Below are positions 49,201 to 53,781 of a stretch of DNA of 64,000 bases, one piece after another. The notes under the pieces were generated by a model. It ran no database searches and was not told the DNA's origin. It saw only the letters and a list, made by a program, of their open reading frames with translations. A program made the translations under genes and the position numbers. Each line of letters starts with the position of its first letter. The stretch's first letter is position 1. This DNA is from a virus, in the IMG/VR virus record IMGVR_UViG_3300020421_000003. The stretch is one strand, 5' to 3'.

Positions 49201-49487
49201 GATCCATCGGTCTCTTTGAAACCATCGATGGACTCAATTCTGATAGTTTTATCGTACAGACCAATATCACTCAATAAGAGTGTGTCATTTGACAATTCGT
49301 CTGAGGTATATCCGTCGAGATCCAAATAACCCAGAAGGTTATTCAGGATATCGTAAGGACGACCTGTTTTTTCTTGAGACTTGTAATACTGGAAGAGAAA
49401 GTCAACAAATTGTCGATCTTCCTCCCTAATGAATTCTGGGAGTTGATTTTCAACTCTATCCGAAATGGTGATATTCTTGTGTGGCAT
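28269..49487 (-). CDS. gp7: Giant 7072-aa gp7-like baseplate wedge protein with multiple accessory domains
   Basis: N-terminal ISDRVENQLPEFIREE...F..FL..YY.SQE, FY.SKGT.....YLFK..FGE, IQDSFFYQNFSY..KS, HPAGF..FG are gp7-type motifs; lies between gp6 and gp8. Also carries YHYH-like, beta-propeller, LamG, CBM-like, helical Cys repeats and a C-terminal Ig domain. Confidence 0.85.
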   Translation of the reverse strand: MPHKNITISDRVENQLPEFIREEDRQFVDFLFQYYKSQEKTGRPYDILNNLLGYLDLDGYTSDELSNDTLLLSDIGLYDKTIRIESIDGFKETDGSIQIDNEVIYYETVTRGPDAIVTPGVSPGQFDKKKQQLENPFALFDGTRNKFPLNFLGTPVNPPSADHLIVITYNDMLVPGTDYFLEGDEIRFAVAPRERSGADDSAFTEIVYLVGYADQTIVTTDAIPFEEYQGKKEYPLRVNTQPYTPTSAIGLIVKKNNRQLEAYTDYTVYGSEIIFRFPLGAADDIHIRSVEYIAPSFGSGASAVVSVDDNGQVDRLIPKTGGSGYRLDFAPKVTVQHSEGVGATAKTLVSGIKDINLIDGGQGYTSYNPPLALVGAPTGGTLAKVALTVDDTTGQVDSLTIMNSGSGYDFIPAISFVNPGGCKIGQPTIDSEGRVNIDSIAVEEFGLNYSNPPIVYLDPAPEGGINAQAISRINQDGQVYEIVITNRGRGYVTPPRARIIQPIGAQVLDVTVASGNVTNIQMLTGGRGYTDAPSVYIVDDRKDPYGDPIGGTGATAAATIFNGEITDINITNFGTGYSETEPPKIFIAEPQAARASVAVGFNELTGYEIIERGSGYSPSAFLGCSRGVSGAVGYDNLHNEIYAGEAALRQSTHPAASTVINLDSLFIKEVFDKFRRQYLPNIKIDYSVINPVQVIKSISDFYISKGTELATQYLFKIMFGEQVDIYYPREEIISPSAATWVVDTVLRAELISGDPANLIDSQLIQYADPVDLSVRAANALIENVITIIEGKDTIYELAISEETLNGDFIIPYKTTLVEPLNTTGQIITVDSTIGWPERNGTIRINDREIVQYKEKSLNQFIECTRSQNGVVEDWDPGTIIFSDIFVYVNKDTPTECKLRVLGIAEAGTTILEDTGSYYLQGDKLKVAKLGSSSEDERLSSWLYNVKKLIQVTSITPGGVNNQTATVVCGNPHGLLVSDQVTIYGANPVVFNGTFTVTSRIDAFQFTYQINTPTEIIPEGNILLSVDLNRGKSDVNSINSVVSEFTTNIQNSFFNDEYVYVASSGLPNYKVGPFTGSALIPGNQRKLIRLPRNVQTISERQDIQANTSIGAWVNGVSIWAYKSGDFVRFGPLTGITVTNTGQDYDAGSKPALEIAGGGGTGATGEVVVNGSLTSLDVTAEGSGYIESPLVSIVGGGGIGATAQAIVTGGRVTRILVEQPGSGYTSQPSISITGGGGTGATANANVRGPIQSVSITANGSGYTDLPDIRVNSGEGALAQPIVINGRIVSIAIINSGSGYTTAPTIVINGDGFGAIARAVIGTIGEDKGRVLSVDISNRGIGYTQGLTTVRLESVGDFAEFTPQVFEWNKNLQYDLSTRYDGARGYVFTGLNNQFGGEYAHLSDPKELRYVVGDNVFLNAVTQQFQEVESNYEHSPILGWAYDGNPIYGPYGYIDPTDQNSGIRRLRTSYKLKDNVVYDLATNPNPARIDGPTLSSYPAGSFVADYEYDFQSGDLDNYNGRFCKTPQYPNGTYAYFITIDASEAGVAEFPYILGPQFNSLPDPWNFTQGATQENIPQNVVRYRDPYVNVDIDVDRQPNQEADVLTTEIEGYPLIFEVQDSNNDGIIDANEQQEVLEMSEEATLQIYDYFPQVSEESRVDIEVETTTQFEDAQIDGFVIENPGESYQVNDTIFFDDEGTGGFGASALIESVKGQVIQSYSKEIIGDRPYGVIVTSTDHDLRQQDELILNSSPVIDNTNKNFKVKVVSGIERINVTQVGVGYNEDIPPTFELITSAGQDGQLEIVLQNTGQINSVNIINSGNGYDPEEPPQIRVSHPQQFKKTRYWLTEYMEADGIVQVNDIKVTEQRYTYICGKITETDGDESGFLAKFDDLGQKIWERTLIPTNANQKRAEFLKMVVNSAPENDLIYVTGQTKNPDNDVYNPDIWLGLYESGFNNANDPDGILQWQRAIAGISGSTRRDFVTSIALDQEQRIYLCGYTDTNSVDPDDMWIIQCGIEGDLVEKRKVASQDDSEKMHQIMMVSDDRFFFIGVNDQNDDLIFGEFFYDGANLEMDWIKQIPTVGGRVVNPTMVMDDYGAIIVAWDIFNSAASKYDKIQINKFLLSTAQTEWDWSKTVTTSGDFLEMHHAGISYDQWGNYTLVSDVTEAQNQRYSVITYMKYDGTLLYQTKVDDTASIGFQATTHALDNSGDTILAVNRQQSDQLVSWRMGNDQNPVEDTTKQNLGTYNYFSQSDITHDAAVYKFDGGSLKFNDVAPITIADLGLTPVEWSGRMWMSMNTTAWNTAHEPTLLHFNDATNTNSITATIQGDNTDPDYQKVILYLNGTQVASSVAATNWDAFAAAAWVHVTVQKRQESLGLYRYEVFIGGNQQITYQSTTDVALDDVVICGPSSPPTVANSFRGNIDDFVLDDAAPYPGTSYTVPTSEIAITTSNSDVALIKFDRAHTQRASYTLTGLNKYSDIAFTDHTIGMTWTSVSPGAISTWLEGPGGLQILDMSQTFSTLIPGTYTLSSAYDQYASKTSTIPSPRGKRLIISADVIPKFYMRDALYQKIDNVQEFTFTQPIRLTQYSILQQFNNIGTTTAFATITEVPAGTLQNPGIGTKYRVGKIFGTFNNTDRFRTTTPGGDINQIEGTYFDTIEEESPWAASTAYAQGDRVYNQKRIYEAQGAGTSGTISPQHNTGVVSDGVINWAFIDDAGKFTVDLTEHPFPRPEFTGLDMPEWLPHRLYAVGQRVWYKLNVYQVAVGGGGVTTTTPPTHTTGDVSDGTVTWSFVETNEAISQYTRLMPYDQGNNYSIEILEVQPGSNFIPNDVVSVNTNNITLSEDEKSVEISGFASVKKIRVTARLEKDILLASSVRTDKVYCTSNSPHFYKEDEIIFTEGFSGAQYNGSFFIDDVIGSREFTFGIRDTAVSDPTFVNNGIANVNIYAKHPTLIFTRNHQYNFELSDPSNFGYYLSFSQDNQYKLEYSFNNTVREGTPGIQGAGASTPFVKFLVLGDVTNISYYFDPSRTGDDSPVGENSYIDVITTPYQGRFNISEIVSDTEFKFPLNREPERANAEIGSDDQGNEYSYYSTTSTRAVGPINSIKLVSPGGFYKKLPIISDIASFRQIEKVEIVDGGTEYAPGVYYDVPVNGDGEGGKVTVTVLLDDETGSGAIAEVNVADPGKGYTVATVDIDAITGILGPTLSGSGGAVNVIIPSEGSGASVFLTGRNIGKIKRLKNNEFGFGYSHDYTLKPEITFPVNLQLFNTSILSEIKITDPGAGYTSTPAVVIEGGGGQGADAVAVIKNNRLNEIIIKNPGAGYSSEPIVTLKSEFNYVVNLDLNYLQFNFPHGITTGAEIQFRAEDVGSTEGILPKPSSAGLTSLIAGQIYYAIAGQANSLESDQIRFGLTLQSAQAGDYITFLTQGSGRQVLLTEVFGGKAEAVVETSRFLEGEEVFQGSAVELASATGKVSTNTGWQIGPKILKIVDYDGDWKMGEKVTGSISKASGVIDNMSIARGVLNIGSLTKTPGKFIDNVGKPSEIVQKIQDSFFYQNFSYVVKSEIPITKWKTQILENNHPAGFNMFGQLQIVGGKDVSGRKVGTEFTKEVNINNYSNVNQITSFGAAQPIYTDYNNTEVLFRKKRLTSSEEILTSIVKKLDDISPQFNGIDKQFPLTVEGEQVIVQQNQLLITINGVIQAPGVSYSIVGGQIVFGEAPKPASRVNYRSLEVTPTPIYRIQLYSGQAGPPNFGIFPTIGQQVQGADSDVVATVIDSGTTTIDVINLVGGSFNLNEEITRGTLFSGLVQSVTLLNSETIFQFGESITNLEGDTAIIEETNIDPDGNVTDAIVVSKTSGTAQFETGIFDLRLNEFVYSASSKIAGQITYISPYIDPATQDAVDELIINPGSTFYGLLFERLVSITNPNVIIDNISQSSITPTELYNTANRINADFLDFEEVRNTEVEYTQLSGGTFDEGDIVINNRANYGNPTSVFHGVATNRFKDASAMILGNKDQIVDFAEAEIAVKHPRFYFPGDVITNSWSRYSDAYRLIQKNKSYIANKAYDEMMTQYTSLTVPDPNKCIRDLELYIDAISIDIFRGGNQYTRKLCQKYFDVNGNFVYVNNESAETRYGFEKAKDMMKLAIVNNLTSSFTVPAGQPNDGITYVPWSEIDHGGYDGNGINPDPSPNDPYGTNGANQSNNGTDNCSDVQAAITTLYDVVDETLLNGTLVDLPDESKGTYSPGQIKCRRDIGLMIDALAEDVSQGGNYNIIEFTKKYFDAAGAPIANGLIGEYAESLTAIDKAMHLSFQAINNLLYYQVNSRTSVTGFMLKDPTTYQGSYSGGEDDLQEFDVSSAVYTPSNGQMVLTIGTHSLTTSDTVTIRPHSLKFTCDSDNDASFHDYPRAGDPAFNTPLAISAETGTTITVNVGASPLVQYTPTGGTYDPATGDMTLTIGAHSLELNDYVSIATDSISFTCDSDGNVAAQTYPRASDPAAGRRLFIHGVTATTITVNVGNSPEGQQYAHTWAGASANAVSSGGGYTHTFVKALDNAVFTGGGTTAKYFDPNYYSGRNETIQNCANVQAYIATLVDISTTAIAAQNLNNINALASITDGTFVANENIRTTKIAYKDRAGGLFIVGDTITGVTSGANFEAIGSNSGLKWIFADAVTGSFQDGEYLTNSTTSNQNGVSLSVVQKYKRLSGKKSIKFPSNGYLVTRDSYDFSFGNTADFTVQAWIRADNLLTTQHLFDFRRLSAASGLRITLQTNGAITVYNGTSQLLTGGTLLANNWHHIAVVRTTSVLQLYVDGVQVGGNYADTNDYGYAAIYIGADFNAANQFGGYMDNVVVKNGESDFNTAFVPPTQIDYSNQYVKFGLDGEQPFVIDNQETYAIYTGQRISSAAVKELNYDQNFAIIENVDLGRSDHRNCADIIDLNAAWIAEEAVGRMEAAFPDFVIPGNNVAEGSYGGTNKCIRDTKDYIIGALVKDLRDGGNYNSLYTARTYLEASGKLKHVGNEILQTLYAWDQAFVLCKYVITTTDTDLSGTYTNRLRLPNNFASPASQSIQDEFDQLGREVLEVLAPNPDIFRDSGVLIWKNRDYIAEEVAGYILDKYEIDLNGTVTQFLVMPGYGQPYCERDIKQFILPAVIADLCTGGTYNVEAVVDKYLDDQNNVLHVEHELNPMLDAFHHAKYLTQKAANNLLLSPGEVASDFGIAAWAQDDYHTPLFTARGAYRDDTIIIDDEGYPQDSVSNWNRYKDATNALKANIDLIAHEAVETMNDMSKYALFQIKGGPVNCSDDVKDILNALIHDLNYNCNERTWDAASLYVETENNSLKHIEDDWEATVTVMKLVRDIATITMRNGFGRDYIPGNDPNNVDPGTYEANPKEQIFADCGDAIDANIRWIAEQAVKAGETQYPSLSINGGIYGGQQYTPSDATYIASSGEMVITMAGHGLVTGNRVTVRPDSIGFTCTLDGNNVTNYYPRKGDPAYTTSRLITAHTTDTITINVGASPAGEQYTHTFVNAHEGAVVANGSIDCVHDVTDILRGLVFNLKYGGDNWINWVSEFYTTYGGSLAHVTSLATEVNWILEEAKRLVKRAMRGQIITNIAAYSGGVQTFSEAVPKPTTVLRNSVVDNGIVLAGNYNNTATRIFTNGTNNIASGSASSTGITNDEDMVGSCVTILPAGTPSDGVLWELGGNGAGAFLGIRDSGTYLRLRAGNGANSYAGGASTSADAGLALLDVPVSSLSDYFDGGEHEITWEIRIGGTVGAGSGRVKLWIDGNEIGAANTPGLNTGLYEAGGLLAGSSPGGFATMSSDSTVPQGEPTAAWAYTTGDMSYYRSRLVDPTYTGSESDAVATEIDTLMALVTDAISNPSNVANRTSTLPSIWPIKYTPDIAVRDVTVTYNNSAAEWNQTCAEVASAIDTLLEIYIDTIEEAANSNVNKLDTILRTTRLDANVNSSYQAGTCEGPQSAIDTLFDIMVDTLGGGLNSDKTIANMLLFNQDAIAQRAFDETVTYYGTTEMTVDFCADILKAVRYDMVTGGNAGAFRLVQNWFDGEGNFIAFQDVSRTHLIYANTRVREYVKSVLYQLTEDPGWATYNTYQLGINGRLDYNREASEFIIDSSINCIEYSLETSNFPTEGSVTWVPSSDAVNINTKYELGFDYNTDPALVTLTPIVPVGFDRAEYRVRINRVNSFRRGDILQYIPASETSVAAFTNQTYWYVMTATPQWFEVGAHYIHDGRFRRVEVNTANTGQQIFSVVRRSGINRSTPLFPEDPSQTPIQGGFNPADVIYGTTSESSSEIGSVSLNQAEINRLYTRFELNNVSTNLGVYENFINGEVIRVNGNPVINGQCLQTGTTDSNGLNFVNLVSVAGVISVGDTLVGDDSGTTADVVSFDSRMLINVEKGSFAQGDWLFDKNSAVEAYANGYLNKSGSLTGNDGGRITIDVETIGDAWDAGDIIYGSVTDYILEIKGLSGTQIQLNQYIHGTNIYQLELGTAIVDTGVSDTFRVGDEIVLLQGTTLKDPGFRATVTEYINGVNADPTDPNYGIHRLFIGNLVPVGTGTDISDVITGANNIGKLDLGSNFPSIYANVVSYTDTAYNSYGRVAAINQQGITATVWLENVKGDFLNNMTVASDYGWGGAVSSARTLEGRVDRYFRGFDGSQTQFDITISNGEAYFPDPAGHMLIFVNGILQPPGGNNSYVAFSDKINFSEAPDIGSEFVGYYVGKLRQMDDISFEFDSLRSSFNLRREGLFYSLTLTEGVSSNVIRPENNIIVSLNGIIQEPGVAYEIVGSRIIFAEVPRAGSTFVGFSYIGSDTDVIAATVVPPVEAGDKLEIDGEEFARDVALIESSNSLITFEYTGSVKGRNAAALAQIRSGQLETAILTNSGDGYTSRPNVDVISSSGFDGRIKALMGITRIDVKTPGTSYLQPIVAIDSEVPDDFVNPSGTPVNGGRDIYNADEAIDGETNTIDPGAIAISQDPVNVTVNQGQTASFTVAATVTNGQQLNYQWQKKEYGTQTWSNIIGANQSTYNTNDAAQADDGDEYRVAITAAGATPVYSLSAILTVQTGATVISNFTPDQIFDDI

Positions 49488-49492
49488 CTATC

Positions 49493-51676
49493 TCAGAAAC
49501 AGGAGGTATCTACTGGATATGTGAAACTATCCGTGGGATAATCAATGATATTTATCCCACTTGGGTCACCGTAATTGTAACCGCTAAAGTTGTTTGGATC
49601 GAAGTTGGGGATTGAGATGTCATTGGTCTTCCAATCGATTGGGAAGACGCTAGGATCGAATAATGTGGGATCAACGCCAGGTGGGACTGTGATAGATCCA
49701 CCATATGGCAATACTTGCATCGGCAGACGCTCTGTGTCGTCTGGCGTGCCTCCAATTGCAATGGGTCCTACACAAACCTGACCTTTTTCATAATCAACGC
49801 TACCAACAGCATTATTTAACACAACTTCAACCTCGTCTCTTTTTGTGACAAGGAGAAGATTGCCTTTTCCGTCATCTCTGATGTTAACGGGGACCAAAAC
49901 TTGATTTTCGTCAGCAATAGACTGGGACGATACAACAGGGGCAGTTGAATTAGTGCCAGCGCCTTGCATGGTCAGATTAACAAGATCTTCAGTGAAACCT
50001 GTTGCATAGAATGTGCCAGATTTAACTACGGAGAAGGAAGGATCGCATTTTCCACTGTTTCCACCACCAGCATTGGGATCTTGTTGGCAAGTGCCATCTA
50101 TACAGATCTGACCTTCAGGACAATCTGCATCTGTGGAGCAAGGAGTGCCACTACCGCCACTTGGACTGCCTGAATAGTTGGATGGGTTGTAAAGTGGGTT
50201 TCCAAAGTCAAGACATTGAGTAAATACGTTACCAAACTCAAATTTATCAAGATTTTGACCGATAGTCATCTGAGTGACACTACCAGAAATTGCAGGATCA
50301 CTATTATCAAGCATCGAGTTGTATTTCGACGTATCAACACGACCACCGAAGCGATTGTTTTGACCATTCTTGTTAAATTGGTCAACATTACGCAAAACGT
50401 CACTTGCTAGTTGAGCGCCACTCTTATTAGTGTTATTCCCGTCATAATAAACGTAAGATTTGGGAATAATGTAGTAAGTAGTGGGATCAATGATCACAGG
50501 ATCGATTGATGCAACTGTATAAGGCTTCAGATCATTCTTGATCTTTGCTTTTGTCGTCTCATTCAGTTTGTTACCCGTTTTTGGACGGATAGCAACATAG
50601 ACTTTACCGTAAATGGGTGGAGTAAGTTTCTCACCACCGTATGCGGTCACAGATGCTGCCTGAGGATAGATCTCTGAGACAATATGCTCATAGTCCGTCT
50701 CAGTCACTGCTCTGTTTTGAGTAGCGAAGGATCTAGGTGCCCTAAACTTGATGGATAGCGCACTTTCGCGTGCTTCACCGTCTGCTGCAGCCTCTCTGGT
50801 GACAACTGCGATGTTTGCAGGTGCAATTGCGCGTTGATCACTGTCTCTAATGGTGCCAATGAAGGCAAAGTCCTTACAACCGTTTGCTTCTTCACCAAAA
50901 GTAGTCACATAGGACAGTCTGATGAATTCACCATCGATCAATTTACGCCCAAGGACGCCATCACCAAAGACTAGGCGGTATCTGAGGTCATCAGACTCCT
51001 CAAGGTAGTAAACACGAGAGGTGCTGTTGAGCGTAGTTACGTTTGCAGCGAGGTTGTAGGTGTCAATCTCTTGCGACTGTGCGTTAGGAGAGATATCGAC
51101 GTAAACCAAGGCGGTGTCTACGTTTTCAGTGGGGATAATATAGTCTTGTCTCTTCGTATAGTCAACAGTGTAGTTGAATGTGAGCAAGTTACCCTGATAT
51201 ACCAACACAGGGTCAAACACCGCAATGCCAGTTGAGGCATCTACGGTAGTTTGGAGGTCACGAGTCACACAGAAGGTGTAAGTATCGTTAAAGTTACGGG
51301 CAACAAACACATCTCCTGCAGACAATGTGCAGAATTCTGGAAATGTGGTGCCATTTAGCGACTGTTGCGTCTGCACACGGATAGTTACACACGCTCTAGG
51401 TGCTTTAATTGACCTAGGAGTGTAATTTAACTGCTTTGCAATGCGGACTACGTTGTCTCTTACCGTAGCAGACTCAAGAAATGCTTCATTCAGCGCCATG
51501 TTAGCGTTGAATGCCGTATAATATGTGTTATAAGCGAGGGTATCGATAAGATACGACGCAGCACTACCCTCAAAGTCGTAATCTGTAAACTCGTTACGCG
51601 TTCTGAGGTAGGATTTGATAGACTCTTTAATCTCAAAGAAGTCTAGCGATGTTAGTTGTGATGGGATAGCAGCCAT
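49493..51676 (-). CDS. gp6: Baseplate wedge subunit gp6
   Basis: LDF.EIK.SIK.YLR...EFTDYDFEGS, LAYNTYY.AFNANM..NE.FL.SA..R.NVV..AK.L.Y.PRS, FGDGVLGRKL, QNRAVT..DY. Confidence 0.96.
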   Translation of the reverse strand: MAAIPSQLTSLDFFEIKESIKSYLRTRNEFTDYDFEGSAASYLIDTLAYNTYYTAFNANMALNEAFLESATVRDNVVRIAKQLNYTPRSIKAPRACVTIRVQTQQSLNGTTFPEFCTLSAGDVFVARNFNDTYTFCVTRDLQTTVDASTGIAVFDPVLVYQGNLLTFNYTVDYTKRQDYIIPTENVDTALVYVDISPNAQSQEIDTYNLAANVTTLNSTSRVYYLEESDDLRYRLVFGDGVLGRKLIDGEFIRLSYVTTFGEEANGCKDFAFIGTIRDSDQRAIAPANIAVVTREAAADGEARESALSIKFRAPRSFATQNRAVTETDYEHIVSEIYPQAASVTAYGGEKLTPPIYGKVYVAIRPKTGNKLNETTKAKIKNDLKPYTVASIDPVIIDPTTYYIIPKSYVYYDGNNTNKSGAQLASDVLRNVDQFNKNGQNNRFGGRVDTSKYNSMLDNSDPAISGSVTQMTIGQNLDKFEFGNVFTQCLDFGNPLYNPSNYSGSPSGGSGTPCSTDADCPEGQICIDGTCQQDPNAGGGNSGKCDPSFSVVKSGTFYATGFTEDLVNLTMQGAGTNSTAPVVSSQSIADENQVLVPVNIRDDGKGNLLLVTKRDEVEVVLNNAVGSVDYEKGQVCVGPIAIGGTPDDTERLPMQVLPYGGSITVPPGVDPTLFDPSVFPIDWKTNDISIPNFDPNNFSGYNYGDPSGINIIDYPTDSFTYPVDTSCF

Positions 51677-51677
51677 T

Positions 51678-52091
51678 TCAGGTCTTCTCTAAGAGGAATG
51701 TTACTTCTTGGGTTATGTTTTCTCCAGTGATCTTATATTCAAGCTCAACTTGAATTTCATTCAGATCACTGTTATCTTCAATCCGCACATCTTGTACAGT
51801 AATACGTGGCTCAAGACGACCGAGACAATCACTGATTTCAGTCTTGATAGCATCTGCCGAGAACGGATCCCATGGCTCAAAAAGAAGACCCTTCACCCGA
51901 CTTCCAATGTTCGGCTGAAAAGGTCTTTCACCTAATATAGTTAATAGTAAATTTCTTACAGACTGATTGATTGCTCTCTCATTCTTTACAGCACCAAAGT
52001 CATCAGTAGAAGGATTTGAATTAAAGGAAATTGCTAAGTCCTTAAACCCTCTACTGACGTACTGGTCTGATCTGAATCTGTAAGCAGGCAT
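51678..52091 (-). CDS. gp25: Baseplate wedge subunit gp25
   Basis: FKDL..SF..NP.T.D....KNE.AI.QSVRNL.LT..GERPF.P..GS, EPRI. Confidence 0.95.
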   Translation of the reverse strand: MPAYRFRSDQYVSRGFKDLAISFNSNPSTDDFGAVKNERAINQSVRNLLLTILGERPFQPNIGSRVKGLLFEPWDPFSADAIKTEISDCLGRLEPRITVQDVRIEDNSDLNEIQVELEYKITGENITQEVTFLLEKT

Positions 52092-52238
52092 TTAACCCTC
52101 TTTTTTCTTTGGTCTCTCAGGTGGTTGGATGTTACGACTCACCTTATGAAGATATTTATCACTTCGTGGGTCGGTTATTAGACGCATACCCGATTTGATA
52201 AAGTCTTCGCTCTGGTCAGGTACTGGACTGTTAGCCAC
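52092..52238 (-). CDS. 48-aa conserved hypothetical protein
   Basis: Manual translation MANSPVPDQSEDFIKSGMRLITDPRSDKYLHKVSRNIQPPERPKKKEG; GTG start after GGAGG; stop abuts the gp25 ATG. Confidence 0.7.
   Translation of the reverse strand: MANSPVPDQSEDFIKSGMRLITDPRSDKYLHKVSRNIQPPERPKKKEG
52153..52160 (-). promoter_or_regulatory. T4-type late promoter (GATAAATA) for gp25
   Basis: 7/8 match to TATAAATA, ~60 nt upstream of gp25. Confidence 0.55.
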
Positions 52239-52262
52239 GATGATTCCTCCACATGGTGATTT

Positions 52263-52270
52263 TATTTATG
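52263..52270 (-). promoter_or_regulatory. T4-type late promoter (CATAAATA)
   Basis: Intergenic, 25 nt upstream of the GTG at 52238. Confidence 0.7.
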
Positions 52271-52271
52271 G

Positions 52272-52928
52272 TCATTGAGAAGATTCCTCCTCAGGGGTTT
52301 GCCAATGGTAATCATTGGTATCTCCTAACCTGCCCCACTTGATACCATTTTCGACTTGATAGTATTTGGTTGATACTTTGAAGTCTGGTGTCTTGGGCTC
52401 GCTAGGAGTGATCGACAGATCAAAGATTCTGATCCTATTGTTTGGATACAAAGCAAACTGACCATTCTCTAGGAGAATGCAGTTGTGTGATTTGTGCTCC
52501 TGTGGGTTTTCACTGACGTTGGTGTCGATGATGTCAACATCAGCGTGGAAGTTGTCTAGTGTAAAAAGATACTGACCAGCAACATTCCCATGATCACGAG
52601 TGCGACACTCAAAGTCCATGCTGCCAATAAATTGCTTTTGTATGCAGCGCACCCCATAGTCCATACAATTCCAAAATTGTAGGTTAGGCAGATCCATGTC
52701 TACCACTGGAGTTTTAGGATCACTCACAAATGCACTGATAGGCAACTTATCATACATGGCGGCATACTCAGGTAAGTATGTCTCAAAATAAAAAGCACGT
52801 CCAGGAATTGACTTTGCCGATACCCAGACGCCCTCTACAAATTCGCCATGTCCATCAACATGGTCCCTAAGATATTCCTTACGGACCCAAACCTTAGTTG
52901 CTGGTAGGTTGACGATTAATTGACTCAT
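52272..52928 (-). CDS. Conserved cyanophage hypothetical protein
   Basis: NLP...VWVRKEYL.D...GHGEFVEG.WVS.KSIPGRAFYFETYL, LQFWNCMDY, EHKS.N...L.NGQ.ALYPNNR. Confidence 0.85.
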   Translation of the reverse strand: MSQLIVNLPATKVWVRKEYLRDHVDGHGEFVEGVWVSAKSIPGRAFYFETYLPEYAAMYDKLPISAFVSDPKTPVVDMDLPNLQFWNCMDYGVRCIQKQFIGSMDFECRTRDHGNVAGQYLFTLDNFHADVDIIDTNVSENPQEHKSHNCILLENGQFALYPNNRIRIFDLSITPSEPKTPDFKVSTKYYQVENGIKWGRLGDTNDYHWQTPEEESSQ

Positions 52929-53082
52929 TTTCTACTTCATAGGTTGGGGGATGAAAATTGCAATACTCGTTGAAGGTAATCTTCATCTCTTTTTCCGTGA
53001 GATTGCAATGCTTGGCTGCTTTAGGAAGATTCCATTTAGCAGACCAAAGCATTTCCATTGCCTCTCGGGTCTCGACTCTCAT
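52894..53082 (-). CDS. Small conserved protein, HTH-like (WNLPKAAKHCNLT.KEMK..F.EY)
   Basis: ATGA-coupled to the upstream ORF; short helical pattern. Confidence 0.7.
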   Translation of the reverse strand: MRVETREAMEMLWSAKWNLPKAAKHCNLTEKEMKITFNEYCNFHPPTYEVENESINRQPTSN

Positions 53083-53228
53083 CGACCCTGCCCACGGTAA
53101 CGCTTACCTTTGTTGTTACGAGATGTTGCAGAATATTTAGTATTTTTAGAGGTACCCTGTCGAGTCATTTTTGGTTTACCAGGCACCCATCCATCTTTAA
53201 CCAGTCCTGTCGTTGCGCGTGCGGGCAT
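53079..53228 (-). CDS. 49-aa basic protein
   Basis: Manual translation MPARATTGLVKDGWVPGKPKMTRQGTSKNTKYSATSRNNKGKRYRGQGR, with the PK.TRQG...KRYRGQG motif seen next to PAAR genes in cyanomyoviruses. Confidence 0.75.
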   Translation of the reverse strand: MPARATTGLVKDGWVPGKPKMTRQGTSKNTKYSATSRNNKGKRYRGQGR

Positions 53229-53247
53229 TAGTCCCTTTCAAACTACC

Positions 53248-53781
53248 TTAGGATGATAGCACAGTCGGATGCCCAAAAGCAACCACTGAAGAGCATGGAT
53301 ATGAGAATCCAGGGAATCCGACACCTAGTGGATCTAGGATCCTCGCAACAGGAATCTTGAATGCAAACACAGTCAACGTAGTGGGGAAGAGGACTCTAGG
53401 GTGTCCGACACCACCCATATCCTCAATAGTCAGTGTGCTGCATGGGATGGGTGTAGGGATAGGACAAACACCCTTACCGCAAGGGCAGATGTAAATCACA
53501 ATATTTGTACACAACGCAATGTGTGGCGTGAATGTATCTCCACCGATCATGATAGGGATAAACTGCACAAGCACACACGCTCTTAGTGGGTTGACCGCTG
53601 AGAGTGGAATTAGAGGTGTGGGTGGCCACCAGCATGTAAAATTCTTAATGACGATGCTGTAGGGCACTGGAGGGGTGCCACACGCTTGTACTGAGTGGAT
53701 AGTGGATGGTAAGCAAAGACCATGCCCTGAGCAGGGCAGACCATTCAGTGATGCAACTGGTTTTAGAAATCCGTATGCCAT
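53248..53781 (-). CDS. PAAR-like spike-tip protein (gp5.4-like), expanded and Cys-rich
   Basis: CSGH...PP..., GDTFTPH, GH, TVF..KIPVARI.DP, C.S.VA.G.PTV reproduce the PAAR repeat and His/Cys Zn-ligand pattern. Confidence 0.75.
   Translation of the reverse strand: MAYGFLKPVASLNGLPCSGHGLCLPSTIHSVQACGTPPVPYSIVIKNFTCWWPPTPLIPLSAVNPLRACVLVQFIPIMIGGDTFTPHIALCTNIVIYICPCGKGVCPIPTPIPCSTLTIEDMGGVGHPRVLFPTTLTVFAFKIPVARILDPLGVGFPGFSYPCSSVVAFGHPTVLSS

Noticed and set aside
28269-49487. Intein or intron explaining the size of the giant ORF
   Set aside because: No intein splice motifs or LAGLIDADG/HNH domains were seen; the length is explained by structural repeats.
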